Below, piece after piece: positions 38,032-50,700 of a stretch of 64,000 bases of DNA. Source of the stretch: Chrysomallon squamiferum (lineage: Eukaryota > Animalia > Mollusca); NCBI GenBank assembly GCA_012295275.1, contig CM022671.1, positions 3,348,001-3,412,000 of the forward strand, written 5' to 3'. A model generated the notes under the pieces. That model saw only the letters and a list, made by a program, of their open reading frames with translations, made no database searches and was not told where the DNA came from. Each line of letters starts with the position of its first letter. Position 1 is the first letter of the stretch. A program made the position numbers and the translations under genes.

Positions 38032-39046
38032 TATGATTGGAAGTATTATTCTTTTCAATCAGTGAAAGCAGATGTGATACACAGACCTTCCCTTAAACAG
38101 GAAAAATGATAATATAGCCTTTGATAAAGATAAATAGAAATAGTACAGAGTTGAATTTGAAATGACCAGTTTAAGAAACATTACAAGAAGATAAGTTTTA
38201 TTAAGTGTTAAAACTAATACTGCCTTCAAAGAAGTCAAACAAAAGCAGGAATTATTTGTTCAGTACAGACATCTGTCTGTCTTCTTATCAAATTCATTAA
38301 TCTTTTACACTTGTTTCTCTTTCCACTTTTCTGACTAACACTGATTAATGAATTTAGCATCATGGATAAATAAAAAAAGATATTTCAAAATATGATTTAA
38401 ACATGCTTTCTGAAATGTTTCATCACGAATCTTGCTAAATTCATTAATCTTTTATGCCTACAGAACGTTTCTGGTCTTCTTTCCCCATGTACAGAAAAGA
38501 TACAAAAAGTCTATGCAGACAGAGCATGTAGCACACACTGAAAACGTTTTAATATTCTAGTGCAGTGGTTACACAAATTAGTAAAGTTATTCCCTTGTGC
38601 AACGTGAAATAAATTGTTAACATTTTTAATTCTGCTGTGCAGCAGTTTGTCTTAATGGGTTAGGCTGACTAATTTTCTGAATAAAATGTATTTTGTAGGA
38701 TCAGCAGAAAAAAACAAGTAGAGTGAAAACATTTGAGAAGTCATTGGCAGTCAAAGCATGATCTTACTTTGCCTATCAGCACTGGGTTCACTGTTCAGAG
38801 TTATCTTTCTCAGAAAGAATTAGAGATGGTGTGTTATCTACTGTGATCAATTTACTCACAGACTTTATAATCATAGGATCCTATCAAATCTTTATTGAAC
38901 AAATATAGATCATCAGTTCTTAAAATCTACTGCAGAAATTCTATCAATAGAATATCAAAAACTGAATTATTTATTTATTTTATTATTCTTTTAAAATCAA
39001 TAAACCTGAAATGAAAATATACCAAATAACACTGTCAAACTTACAT

Positions 39047-39136
<90 letters not shown>

Positions 39137-39277
39137 ATAGTAACAACATACATGTTCTGTGTTGTCTTCTGTGTGGACACGAGCCTTCCTGGTCACATTT
39201 TTCAGGGAATGGATAAACCAGGGTCGTGCATTTCTCAGTGTCACGTACCTGATATCTGTCACACCCACCTTCACCAG
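35530..39277 (-). CDS. GTF3C1: General transcription factor IIIC subunit 1, 3' part: exons 39152-39277, 37551-37774, 37007-37199, 36582-36669, (36381-36395), 35530-35624
   Basis: Phase-compatible GT-AG exons give LVKVGVTDIRYVTLRNARPWFIHS...ICRPWRKPEGVLNRPMLKLLLESILIHIMTNPGISEETL..LQPIVVKEIIEILTELECL..SSLF..VVYEANIDCTFKLGQFL-stop. This matches the recalled GTF3C1 C-terminus (IGRPWR..G.LN..HIMTRPGI.E..LQPVAVLELL..FYEPTLDCTLRLG). Confidence 0.88.
36381..36395 (-). CDS. GTF3C1: Candidate 15-nt microexon of GTF3C1 (adds ARGIF)
   Basis: actgtatttcag|CTAGAGGCATCTTTG|gtaatg; phase 1-1, frame-preserving, no stop. Confidence 0.4.
36582..36669 (-). CDS. GTF3C1: GTF3C1 exon (ILTELECLSKTYLKRTRRSSLFVRCSTHV)
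   Basis: Acceptor ccttgtag, donor G|GTGAGT, 88 nt. Confidence 0.85.
36894..36972. repeat. (AAT)n microsatellite
   Basis: Read directly. Confidence 0.97.
37007..37199 (-). CDS. GTF3C1: GTF3C1 exon (VYEKVRLICRPW...KEIIE)
   Basis: Acceptor ttttcag, donor GAG|GTAAAG, 193 nt. Confidence 0.9.
37551..37774 (-). CDS. GTF3C1: GTF3C1 exon, acidic low-complexity linker with basic QKRKF motif
   Basis: Acceptor tttcag, donor AG|GTAGTG, 224 nt; phase 0 to 2 is needed to join its neighbours. Confidence 0.8.
39046..39134. repeat. Compound (TC)n(AC)n microsatellite
   Basis: Read directly; lies just inside a GTF3C1 donor site. Confidence 0.97.
39152..39277 (-). CDS. GTF3C1: GTF3C1 exon (LVKVGVTDIRY...EDNTEH)
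   Basis: Acceptor tttgcag, donor CAT|GTATGT, 126 nt. Confidence 0.85.
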
Positions 39278-39665
39278 CTGCAAATTAAATGAAAATAATA
39301 ATTTATTATTATTATTATTAGTTTTTAATAACAATTAAAGAAAACAAATTGGTGGCTTAATAATGCTTTGTATTAATTCCAACAACAAATATCAACAAAT
39401 ATGAATAAACAGACTAAATGCATTTTATGTCCTATTCGTTGTTACTAATTTTATCTCTTGACCAGTCTTTCCTAGTAATAAAATTATGTCCTAGAAATAG
39501 AGAAATGCTATTTTTATCTTTGTATTTATTATTGTGATCATAACTGTAATCAGATTGGCTAAAATAATTTCTTGTGTCGTCACAGTAATCTAATTTACAG
39601 AGTTATTTGTGAAACAGAAAAATACAGACTATACAAAAATCTTTAAGATATCTATTATTCTGAAG

Positions 39666-39881
<216 letters not shown>

Positions 39882-41629
39882 TGAATGGATATTTGTAATG
39901 TTGCCAGAGGTTTCCTCTCTGATTATTTCAAAACAACAGGACATGTATCAGATGTATTTTAATAATGTATACAGAAATGTGAGAATACACAATTAAAAGA
40001 CCCCTAAAGAAATCCCCCAGATAATAACATTCTTATACTGATTCACTCAAGCCACTTGCAGTTTGAACCTAAATTAAAACCAGTTTGATTCTGATTTAGG
40101 TAAAGATAGAGTAGGATTAAATATTAATAATTTAAACATGGGAAAGTATATTTGAGTCATTGAGACCCAAACCAAACCTTCTATACCCAAATTACCCAGA
40201 TTATTAAAATAACTGAAGTAATAAAAAAAAATACAATGTATATGAAATTATTATTTGAATGAAACTGATTTTTCGACAGTTTGTGACAAATAGGAAAAGA
40301 ATGATGTATTTATGGAATTTAGTAGCTCTTGTTTTGATTATAAACAGCAATCAGGAATAAGAGATAGATGCTGTAATTGTAATACATATATTATATACTG
40401 AAATGAGAAAGAAAGAGAAAGATAAAAAGATAGAGATTAAGAAAGAAAGAGAGACAGAGAGAGAGAGACAAGGAAGAGAGAGACACAGAGACAGAGAAAG
40501 AGAAAGAAAAGAGAGAAACAGAAAGAGAGATAAAGAGAAAGATTCAGAAGAAAAGACTTACACAGAAATATATTTAAAAAAACACAGAAAGACACTGTAT
40601 GTGTCAAAGAGAGAACTAACAGAGGAAGTAAAGGAAAAGAAAGATTCATAGAGTGAGAGAAAACATGAAAAAGAGGGAGATCTGTACTATTTATACAAAA
40701 TATATAACATAACCACAATGACAAGTAAACAGGAGAGTTAACAGTAAGCTCAGTAAACCGACTTGACTGCACTGAGGCAGTCAAAGAAAAGGTTTATGTT
40801 GTAACAGATCTGACCACAGTGCAGATAATAACACTGACAAGAAATGAATTAACTGACTTTAAACCACTCTTCATAACTTTATAACTTCATCAATATTACA
40901 AAATCTCAGCATTTTCTCTTTAATCAGCTCCAAATGAAGCATGATACCATTCATCTGGTCACTCGCCCCACTTGTAATTAGCTCCCACCGCAAAAAGAAA
41001 AAAAAAAAAAAAGATAAAAAAATCTGGCATTTACCCTCTCCTCTTGATAATAATTAGCCTAAAAATCAATGAATCCATTGTTTCTAATGGAGACATCAAG
41101 GGCAGATAATTAGGGTTTTGATCAAGTTAAGGAGAGATTCCTCGCTGCCATGCGGAATCAAATGAGCTTGAACGGATTCCATCGTAAGAAAATAAACACT
41201 TAGAAAATTTCGGAGAATAGCCAGTGATATTGTTAGATAAAGTTACTGCAACTGCAACCACTTCAACCAGCTTTCTTGTAATGAAATCACGATGATCTAT
41301 ACCTCCATTATAAATCCAATATTGCCTGCCAAAACCTGACAGTTATTGTCACCCTGGCTACATAAATATCTCCTTCACATAAATAATGTATTGTATTTGT
41401 CAATATACTTATGGCAGATATGAAAAGACCAGTGAAAATTAATCATAAACCTGAAGATCTTCCCCCACTTCATATAAACAATGCATTGCTGATCATCATT
41501 CTCAGAGTCAAGTAAAATAAACATAAACAACAAGTATTGTGTTTATGAAAGCGAGGTTTAAAATGTGAACTAAGCAGCTTTCAAACATTATATTTATGTA
41601 TCTATAAATATCTCTGAAGTTGTGGCTAA

Positions 41630-42225
41630 ATGGGAAACAGGATATGATATGCAAAACCAAATGATGAAATCTGCCTTTAATTAACTGCCACTTGACTAAC
41701 TAACAATAGTAATCTGATACTGAAAATGAAAGGATGTGGTGTTGATCTTGTTGTACTTGAAAACCAAAACAAAATTCTGCCATGAGGTACTTTTTGAAAA
41801 AGTAATTAGGAATATGATATTCAAAGCCATCTGGTAAAAAAAAATGCCTGTAATTAAGAGCTTTTTAACAATAGTAATCTAACAGTGAAAATAAACCGTA
41901 ACACTGTCTTTTTTTAAATGACAAATACGTCATGAGGAAATGGTTGGAATTGGAAATATGATATATTAAATAAAACCAAATGTTGAAATGTGTTTATAAT
42001 TAACTAGCCATTGGACAAAACAACCATAGTAATCTAACATTAGAAATAAAACATAGTGTTATTTAAAAAAGAACAAAAATTAAAAAAAAAAAACAGCTTT
42101 GAGGTGCAGGATGGAATGGTAAATAGGATAAGACATAAACACCTAAATGATCAAATACATCATTAATTAACTGGTTTTTTTTTCATTAAACAACAGTAGT
42201 GATCTATTACCAGAATTAAAATATA
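41630..42225. repeat. Old ~165-bp tandem repeat (..ATATGATAT..CCAAATG..TAATTAACT..CAATAGTAATCT..)
   Basis: Four diverged copies with the core near 41705, 41870, 42025 and 42195. Confidence 0.65.
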
Positions 42226-42790
42226 TAGTTTAATACAAAAATAAATAAATAAAAAGTGTAAAAAGGCAGCCAGGACTCACTGGTTGCAAACTCAAATAGT
42301 GAAATACTCATGACAATTCCCCCCTAAAAAAAAAATAAAAAAATTATCAGTTTGATTTTTACGTCTTGTGATTTTTGATAGTCAATCACCTGCATGATGA
42401 CACATAACAACATGGACATCAAGTCAGTATTGAGAAACAAGTGGTGTGTTAGAAGATTACAGACATCTCGAAGTGTTAGGTAACAGGTGAGGAACAAGGT
42501 GCTGTAATCTTCATCATTAAAACTGCAGTACATTCAGATAATCTGAAATCAGTGTTATATAAACAGTGCAATTAATAAAACCTGCATGTGATAAGATTTT
42601 TAAAAAAAAGCTTATTCTGATGTAACAGATAACGTTTTAATGCTCTGATGAAGCTGTTGCCAATTAAAACTTTTATTATCGGCCATAATCTGCACATCAA
42701 TCAAATTTCCTGTATCCTGTGGCAGTGACCCATGTTTAATCCTTGCACCAGTTTTTATTATGTATTATAAGTAATGCTATTATTGGTGAA

Positions 42791-42920
42791 TGGACTTCAT
42801 ACTATTACTAGTAACTGGACATTATACTAGTATTAGTGACTGGACATTATACTACTGTTAGTAACTGGACATTACACTACTATTAGTAACTGGACATTAC
42901 ATTACTATTAGTGACTGGAC
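42791..42920. repeat. 25-bp tandem repeat TGGACATTA(T/C)ACTACTATTAGT(A/G)AC
   Basis: About 5 copies. Confidence 0.85.
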
Positions 42921-43292
42921 TTTGTCAGTCAGCTGACTCTATTTTTCTATCAACACTAGTCAAATTTAAAATTCACTCTTTGCTGAATTAATAACAGTCA
43001 AATATAATATCTCTCTATGTTGAATCACTACTAGTCAACTAAATTATAAATACTAGTCAGCCTCATTATTCTGAATCAGTAGTAGTCACGGTAAATACTA
43101 TCCATGTTTAATCAACACTAATCAAGTTAAAAAGCTTGTTAAATCAATATTAGTGAAGTCTCTTTGTATGCTAATCATAAACTATCAAGTTAAATGGTCT
43201 ATCTGCATGTTCTTTAAGTTAAGTGGCCATTATCTGTGGATTTAGATAGATGGCCTATCTCCACAGTGATTTTATTAAACAGCATGTTTATG

Positions 43293-43990
43293 TCATTTCA
43301 GATAAATGATCTCTCTCTGTTATTTCAGATAAATGATCTGTCTCTGTATTATTTCAGATAAATGATCTGTCTCTCTTTTATTTCAGATAAATGATCTGTC
43401 TCTCTTTTATTTCAGATAAATGATCTCTCTCTGTTATTTCAGATAAATGATCTGTCTCTAAATGATCTCTCTCTGTGTTATTTCAGTGTTATTTCAGATA
43501 AATGATCTGTCTCTGTGTTATTTCAGATAAATGATCTGTCTCTGTGTTATTTCAGATAAATGATCTCTCTCTGTGTTATTTCAGATAAATGATCTCTCTC
43601 TGTTATTTCAGATAAATGATCTGTCTCTCTGTTATTTCAGATAAATGATCTCTCTCTCTGTTATTTCAGATAAATGATCTGTCTCTCTTTTATTTCAGAT
43701 AAATGATCTGTCTCTGTGTTATTTCAGATAAATGATCTCTCTCTGTTATTTCAGATAAATTATCTGTCTCTGTGTTACAAAATGGCCTGACCTGTGACCT
43801 AGCATACTGTGTTATTTCAGATAAATGATCTGTCTCTCTGTGTTATTTCAGATAAATGATCTCTCTCTGTGTTATTTCAGATAAATGATCTGTCTCTCTG
43901 TTATTTCAGATAAACGATCTCTCTCTGTGTTATTTCAGATAAATGATCTCTCTCTGTGTTATTTCAGATAAATGATCTGTCTCTGTGTTC
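43293..43990. repeat. Minisatellite, 27-31-bp unit TTATTTCAGATAAATGATCT(G/C)TCTCTGTG
   Basis: Roughly 20 tandem copies whose length varies by dinucleotide slippage. Confidence 0.95.
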
Positions 43991-45015
43991 CGAAATGGCC
44001 TGAGCTGTGAGCTAGCAAAAAAAGGTCTTTAAAGCAAATGATCTAATCTTTGCATCATTTCAGCTGAATAACATATTTTGGCTTAAATGGCCTCGATCCA
44101 CACTGATTCGGGGACAAGGCCAATCTCTGTGACGTCTCTGATAAACAGGCCATCATGCTGGGCGGTTTCACTGGAATGGTCTTGCTCAGCTCAGTTCAGA
44201 TTTGGTAATGAAGCTACTCTTTCCCTGTCATCTGATTAGCAAAGTCCTGAGGGAACTGACAGAGTTTTGGTGAGTGACAACAGTTGTCTAATGATGCCCC
44301 ATGCAGCACGGATCCACTTTGAGAAAAATGTTACAAGGTGAAGAATACTTTAGCTATTCCCCATCAGTGTGTGGAATATTAATGGGAGAGAAGCAGAAAG
44401 CTGAATACTTGAATCAACTGATCCACAGTACAAAAATATCTTCAGTAACTTTGATAATCTTTGCAGAAACATGTTAAAATAACATATGAACTTTTAATGG
44501 CACCTCAGTATATTTTAATATTAATGGTAAATGTTAATAGTACTTAAATGAATGAATGTTTGTTTTTAAAATAATAACTCAATGTATTTTAATATCATTG
44601 TTTATTAGGTGCTTAATGGCACCTTAACATGTTTTAATATAAATGACTAAAATACAAGAATAAAGAATAAAAAGATTAAGTCAAGAGACAAGCATAACAG
44701 AATCACAAGTTACCAGTGTTAAAAAATAAAATAAGAAAAACGAAATAGCATAATCTGACAAATCTGAAAAAATAACTGTCTGTTATCAACACTCTCCCCT
44801 ATAAGATACAACCCCCCAAAAACCTAACAAAAAACCACCCTGAAAAATAATAATAAAAATCTGTTGCAAACAAATATATTAGTTTAGCCAGAGCTATCAT
44901 TTCAACAAGCAACAACAAAAACTGTAATAAAAGTTCCGTGACAAGCATAGTAAAATGAGAGAAACACTATATGTCCATGCCCAGTGACAGAAAACAGATC
45001 TGTGTTAGTTTCTGA

Positions 45016-45220
45016 TTTACTGTGACAGTAATCACTAATCACAGTTATGTTATAAACTGCAGTGTATTGGTGTTTACTGAGACAGTAATCACAGTTATGT
45101 TATAAACTGCAGTGTATTGGTGTTTACTGTGACAGTAATCACAGTTATGTTATAAACTGCAATGTATTGGTGTTTACTGTTATAAACTGCAGTGTATTGA
45201 TGTTTACACAGTAATCACAG
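45016..45220. repeat. 50-bp tandem repeat TTTACTGTGACAGTAATCACAGTTATGTTATAAACTGCAGTGTATTGGTG
   Basis: Copies start near 45016, 45073, 45123 and 45173 (partial). Confidence 0.9.
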
Positions 45221-45729
45221 ATGTCCAAACTGTGTGGAAGTCCAGTGTGGCACTATTGATATTACAAATTACCACAAGAGTATGTCTTCAAGAAATCATT
45301 GTCTTGTATTTCAAAGTCCTTCATTGTTCTTGAGTTGCCCTTGGCAACACAGTTTGGTAAATCCCCCCACTTATTCAATTGTAGTGGTATCAAGGACACA
45401 CTCAGGGGTTAATGACCAGTGGTCACTTGATTCCATTTGAGATAAACACTGTAATTAAAAAAACAGTGATTGACAAAGCGTAAACAATTCAAGATAATGG
45501 TTTGTTGAGGATACAAATTTGCATCATTTAAAAAAAAAAAAAAAAAAAAAGAAAAGAAAAAAAAAAAAAAAAAGAAAATAAAAGAAAAAAATAGAAAAAA
45601 TAATAATAAGAAGAAGAGGAACAACAACAATAACCAACAATAACTATAATAATCTAAATCAATAAATAAATAATCATAAAAAAAAGTATTACGCTTTCTT
45701 TCATCTTTAACAATATTTCTGGTATCTGA

Positions 45730-46040
45730 CATGAATTAGCTGTAATCAAAATATAACTAATGCAACCAGAATGCAGTCATTCTTTACAGACTGATCTCTC
45801 CTGGGTTATAACAGGAATATGGACATGTTTTACAGTCATTTTACATCTTGTGTTCATGAGATTTAGCAGTAATCAAAATTTAACAAACTCCACAGATATG
45901 GGTTATCTTCTACAGCCATCTCTATCTTACTTTTTATGAAATTAAGCAGTAATCAAAAATTTAACAAACTCAAAAGAAACGTGGACATCCTCTACAGCCA
46001 TCTCTATCTTAAGCTTTACGAGATTTAGCAGTAATCAAAT
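45730..46040. repeat. Degenerate ~80-bp tandem repeat (GATTTAGCAGTAATCAAAA...CTACAGCCATCTCTATCTTA)
   Basis: 3-4 diverged copies. Confidence 0.75.
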
Positions 46041-46389
46041 TGGAGGGCTATCAACTATAACCAAGTGTCTGTGTGAAGGTTTTCAAACACCAATACTGTC
46101 CACAGATGGGCAGATCAATACACTGAAATGAGATTTCTATAACCTCTTCCCAGGCAAATACAGACTGGTCATCAGAGAAAACTGTCTCAAGAAGCCAGGA
46201 CAAATTACCAAGTTTTACAAAGCAAACAAGCCTTACAAATTAAAATCTGTCCAAATCTGGTCACGGCTTTGTCTCAAACTGAATATTTGTACAAGTACAA
46301 GATGCAATGTGTCCCTACAAGGACACTGTCTGTTTTAAACTGTTTTATAGTAGCATCAGATACAATGCATCATGTAGTGGTAATATGTT

Positions 46390-46800
46390 TTTTAAACTTA
46401 AATGTTAAATTTAAACTTAAACTTAAATGTGTATTTTAAACCTAAATGTGTATTTTTTAAACTTAAATATGCATTTTAAACTTAAATGTGTATTTTAAAC
46501 TTAAATGTGTAATTTAAACTTAAATATAGCAGTCAGTGTCAAGTGTAATGTATTAAGCTATGACAATTTTAAGCAGTTCTATTTCTGTATATAGCAATGT
46601 CAGATATAAAATATTTAACTATGTGAATTTTAAGCAGTTCTATTTTGTGTATATAGTGGTGTTAGATATAAAATGTTTAACTATGTGAATTTTGAACTGT
46701 TATATTTGTATATATAGTAATAACTATCAAATACAGAATATTTATGAATGTGAGTTTTAAACTGGTGCAGTAGTGTCAGATATAAAATATTCAGCTATGT
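46390..46800. repeat. 19-bp TTTTAAACTTAAATGTGTA array followed by ~60-bp degenerate units
   Basis: Visible tandem periodicity. Confidence 0.75.
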
Positions 46801-46969
46801 GGAATTCTCTGTCAGCTAAGTTGAGATCAGGTGTTACTGATCCTGGGTCACTTTAACTTTGCGGAGGCTGAGTGAAATATATACACAGGAGATTTACAAA
46901 TGTTTTGTTTTATCCAAAAATTATTCTCTGTTTTAAAGCTAACTTCCTCTTTTTCTAATCAACTTTTTT

Positions 46970-47003
<34 letters not shown>

Positions 47004-47384
47004 CTTTTGATTCAAACTGTAGCGTTATAATTGAGGGTTTCTCCTTTTTTTTCCTCCATTAATAGTGGAAGTGTTTTATCTCAAATCAACCTAAGCTGAA
47101 CAACCAAGTCTTCCCCTTTCTGACATGTTTTCTAGAAAATATAAATATAATTAATACAGTTTATTGGTATTTTTATGTTTTAAATACATTATCATGGTCA
47201 AGGCATACATTTCTGTACAGTTGTAATCAACTGCATGAATCAATTCTATTTTTTTTTTTTTTTGTTATTCAAGATTCAAATGTTAGTCTAAGTTAAGTTA
47301 TGACATTCAAGAAACATTTTTATAATATCAGCTTCAGAACCTGGTATGATTTTGAAATCCCTGCACCTACAACAACAACAACAA

Positions 47385-47700
47385 TCATCATTTTTACTTT
47401 TCTTGTATCTTTAGTCACCACAACAGCAGTCACTATTTTTACTTTTTTTGTAAAGTTAGTCACAACTATAGCAGTCATTATTTTTATTTTTATTGTATCT
47501 TTAGTCATTACTTTTGACTTTTCTTGTATCTTTAGACACCATTATGGTTGTCATAATTTTGACTTTTCTTGTATCTTTGACCACTGTAGCTATTACAGTT
47601 TTTTCCTCCACTGTACCGTGTTGTGGCTCTTTTGACTTTTCCTATAAACCGTTAAAGACTACTACAGTGGTTATCATTCTGACTTTTCCAATATCTCTGT
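47385..47700. repeat. Degenerate ~45-bp minisatellite (ACTTTTCTTGTATCTTTAGTCAC...)
   Basis: 5-6 diverged copies; explains the spurious ORFs on both strands here. Confidence 0.75.
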
Positions 47701-50700
47701 AAATCTGTGTATAGCTGGTTATACTTAGCAGTCTCAGTATAACACTCTGGTAAATAGTATCACATTTTCATTAGTTCAGTACAATGACCAGGCATCTTCT
47801 GTTCCTACCAAAGTTCAAATTTCTTCTATTAGTTGGTCTCACCAACCTTGGAATCGCTTACATTATGCACAGGAATGAACATTTGCCTTTTTGTACTGTG
47901 TTTGCAATATGTAAATATAATCAATGATCTAATTTGTAGGTAATCCCCTCATTTCCATCGGTGATATAATCAGAATGATATCCAATTATCTTAAAGCCAT
48001 TAGTGTTTCCCGATCCAAACAGTGACAAGAACCTAATGTGTTAGGTCAGGAGGAATTTAACAAAGACTACGACTGATGTGTAGTCACAAATATCAGTATG
48101 TGACTTTTTTATTTTATAACAGAAAAAAAGAAAAAAAGAAAATAGAAAAAGAGGTATATAGTTAGGAAGATTAATATGTATTTTCTGACATTTTTATTTT
48201 ATAGTAGAAAAAAAATATTTATATATAGTCAGAAAGATCAGCATTTTGTCACATTTAGAAAGATAACTACATATTTTGTGACTTTTTTATTTTATAACAT
48301 TAAAAAAAATGGTATATAAAAATATGCATTTTGTGACATTTATAAAGATAATTATGTATTTTGTGACATTTTTATCTTGTAGAAGAAGAAAAAAAAAAAC
48401 CCACTGGAATGTAGTCAGAAAGATCAGAAATGACAAAATATAAAATCACAGTTTGCAGACGTGAAGATTAATACATGTTTTGTGGAATCAACATAAAGGT
48501 GAGAAGAAAAATTTAAATTCTGTAATTGAATTTGTAAGTGAATGAATTTAATTTTTGTTTTTAATACTTTTGTTTAGCTTTTTTTTGCTGAATTTCAAAT
48601 TCTGATAGTAATAAGGTTTTACGTGCAATGTCAGGAGAAAACATAAAAGTGTAACTTGGACCAAAAACAAACTGAATTAATATCTTGTGAAATTTAAAAA
48701 AACAAGTAAAACAAAAAAAAACAACAACAACCAAAACAAATAAAAATAAATGAAATAAAAATAAATAAAATAAAAATAAATAAAATAAAATAAAATAAAA
48801 AAAATAAAATAAAATAAAATAGAAAAAGTAAATTAAAATAAAATAGAAAAAGTAAAATAAAATAAAATAAAATAAAATAAAATAAATACATCTTACAACT
48901 TCCCCTCTCTCCCTCTTTCTCTTTCTCATTTAAACTATTAGTGAATGAAACACTTTTGGAAGTTTACTGTAAACCCACTGAATTGAAACAGAACTAAAAA
49001 TAATTATTTAATATTCTTCCTTAATCATTGTACAGAAATTTAAAACATAATTTTAACCATTTACAGCCAAGGATAAAGTTAAAACTGAAAGAGATGCTTA
49101 CAACTAAGGAAATCAACCTCTCAATTTGTTAGTGTAACCAGATAAAATTAACAAGGATCAGAAAAAGCGCACAAGTCTTAGAAACATATCCATCAAATTT
49201 GAACAAACTGAAGATCGCAGTTAAAGTTATATTGAAATGAAATTGCTTTCAAGAGGCTTTCTGCAGTAGCAATGAGCTCACATGGCTTTTTAAATTGGAA
49301 TAAATGCACAGGCAAATTGAAGCAGAATTAGAAAACAAGGCTCAGAGTTTGTGGTAATGTGAGCTGTTAGTGGATAATAGACACAAATTGACAAGACCAG
49401 AGATAATTATCAACAAAGTGACTTTTAATACACTATTTCTAGTCCTTCTGAAACACATTTAAATGTCTGAAGATGCAGACTGGAAGTCATTAAACATGAT
49501 GGATTGGCTAACGTCATCTCTGTCTATTTCCATGCAAACACAGGAATCGTGTGTACTCAGTGTGTAGTCAGTGTGTACTCAGTGTGCACTGTGTTCTCTT
49601 TCTCTGCACATGCCTGCACCTGCTTTCATCTCACCTTAAATATGGATTTAAATATGGTCTGTGTCTGTTAATATGGATGTGTGTGTGTGTGTGTGCCACC
49701 CTTTCTCTTGCTTGCTCTATAATCTCTATCTTTTTCTTTCTTGTTCTTTCGTATTGGTTCTTAAAGTATTGAAAAACATTACAAACATGAATACATAATG
49801 TAAAGATATTGTGTGTTTTTTTAGAAGATTTAAAATGACAAACTCAGGCTCACACAGACATATTATACACTATATAAAAAAGAAAACATTTAATTCTATC
49901 AAAACAAACTGAAAAAACCCAACAAACAAACACTTTTTCAGAAGATTTTTGATAATCTATTCCCACTGTTTCAGCAGCATGAGGTCTTTTACTTATGTGT
50001 CTCGCCAGCCTCTGACATTTTCTATTTGTTTTAATAGGAAACATCAAACTGTATGAGGAAGTCACTTTTACACTTAACAAACAACCCCTACACATTTACA
50101 TCCTGTGTCTGGTCCTTAAATGAAAAGTCCCCCCACCCCACCCGACAACTCTCTGTAACCAATAGTAACATTACCTTTGGTTTTTGGTATTAATAATAAG
50201 AAGGGACGTTTATCCATTAAAGTCTGTGGGCATGTGGGGAGAGTCTTTTATCTGTGTCTTTTTAATGATTATGTAACTGTTATATCCTCTCTTATGTTCT
50301 CTTGTATTAAATGTCTGCCTCTCTTTAATAATATGTAACTTGTTATATCTTATACATTTTTTCTCGTATTAAATGACATCTATTAAAGATAATATTCCCG
50401 AAATTTTCTTTTTTTAGTTAGCCAGACTGCTTACTTAGTTCTTTTTATGAATTTACATCAGTCACTGTCATAAAAAGCAGATAATCAGAAACAAAAAACA
50501 CATTTTGAATCAAAGAAAAAAAAAAAATAGGGTAGAATAATGAAAAAAAAAGAAGAAATTACGAAAAAGAAATAGTAAATCATAATTTACAATTTCTGCT
50601 GCTTTGAAAAGATCTATAAATACTGCATTATATCACATAAACATTATAATTGAAAAAAAAAAAAAAAATAATAAAGAATTTTTCAGTGTTATGACACTAT

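Noticed and set aside
45370-45449. Exon-like minus-strand segment after an AG acceptor (CLSQMESSDHWSLTPECVLDTTTIE)
   Set aside because: All three frames hit a stop before a convincing donor, and there is no recognisable GTF3C1 similarity.
47300-47702. Overlapping ORFs on both strands with 15-aa periodicity
   Set aside because: Explained by a degenerate 45-bp minisatellite; no splice or start context.
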